From assembly GCA_002633005.1 (NCBI GenBank), contig NMRA01000269.1, positions 283,169 to 347,168 of the forward strand: a stretch of DNA of 64,000 nucleotides, read 5' to 3'. The translations under genes and the position numbers were made by a program. The notes beneath the pieces were generated by a model. It worked only from the letters and a program-made list of their open reading frames with translations, did no database searches and was not told the origin of the DNA. The stretch is from Phoronis australis. Lineage: Eukaryota > Animalia > Phoronida. Below, one piece after another: positions 63,487-64,000 of the stretch (the first letter of the stretch is position 1; each line of letters begins with the position of its first letter).

Positions 63487-63913
63487 GTAGGTTGAGGCTT
63501 GTCATGGATTGTCAGTAGCAGCGTTATTTACCAGTCTAAGTGTTGAGAATGTGTAATTTGCTTCACTAATGGTTTTGGTTGAGTTGTGTGGGAAGGGAAG
63601 AGAATTAGATGGACAATGAGGGTAATATAAAAGTTAAAACTCATTAAGGCCTTGGTCATTGTGGTGGTGCTTGTGCCCATAAGGGTAACTTGTAAATTAG
63701 CCTTCAGCTTCACTATGATACCTTATTATGTATGTTATCAGTCAAAACATGTTGGGCGGATTAGGTAAAGGTTATACCATACAGATTTTTAAGTGGAGAA
63801 GTGTTATATATAGACTGATATAAGTACAACACAACACACAATACTGCATTCATTATGTACTGGATTTAACCAATGCCATTCTTGTTGACTCCACTTGATA
63901 ATTTTTCTTTCAG

Positions 63914-64000
63914 AACCTCATCCTGGCCACCTCCACTATAGACCTACAGTGGCTGGCTGACCGTACCTCCAGCACGTGGCTGCCCTCTATGTACAGCCAT
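63914..64000 (+). CDS. fry: furry exon 19, truncated by window end (NLILATSTIDLQWLADRTSSTWLPSMYSH...)
   Basis: ttttctttcAG acceptor; IDLQWL matches FRY VDLQWL; frame open to the edge. Confidence 0.88.

Overview
Eukaryotic (invertebrate animal-like, AT-rich, intron- and repeat-rich) genomic DNA, not prokaryotic; no rRNA, intact tRNA or CRISPR array seen. The window holds the 5' part of one large + strand gene, a furry (FRY/FRYL, Tao3/Mor2 family) ortholog. I traced 19 phase-compatible GT-AG coding exons from a probable start-codon exon at 15447-15522, across a ~26.6 kb intron, to an exon running off the window end at 64000. Exons 3-4 occur twice in a ~2 kb tandem duplication whose junction is an 'n', most likely two uncollapsed haplotypes. 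The rest is intergenic or intronic DNA full of short non-autonomous transposons: CAG..CTG MITEs with 5-bp and 6-bp TSDs, Harbinger-like MITEs with CWG TSDs, Helentron-type HINEs and a tRNA/CORE SINE. The most notable oddities are a ~440 bp fold-back whose mismatches are mostly G.U-compatible on the + strand, an X-box overlapping a strong-context uORF just before the start codon, a U12-like intron flanking a 31-nt exon that is also bracketed by inverted repeats, and a probably heterozygous transposon insertion caught at an assembly gap. I found no convincing novel protein-coding system; almost all ORF-track entries outside the furry exons look spurious.
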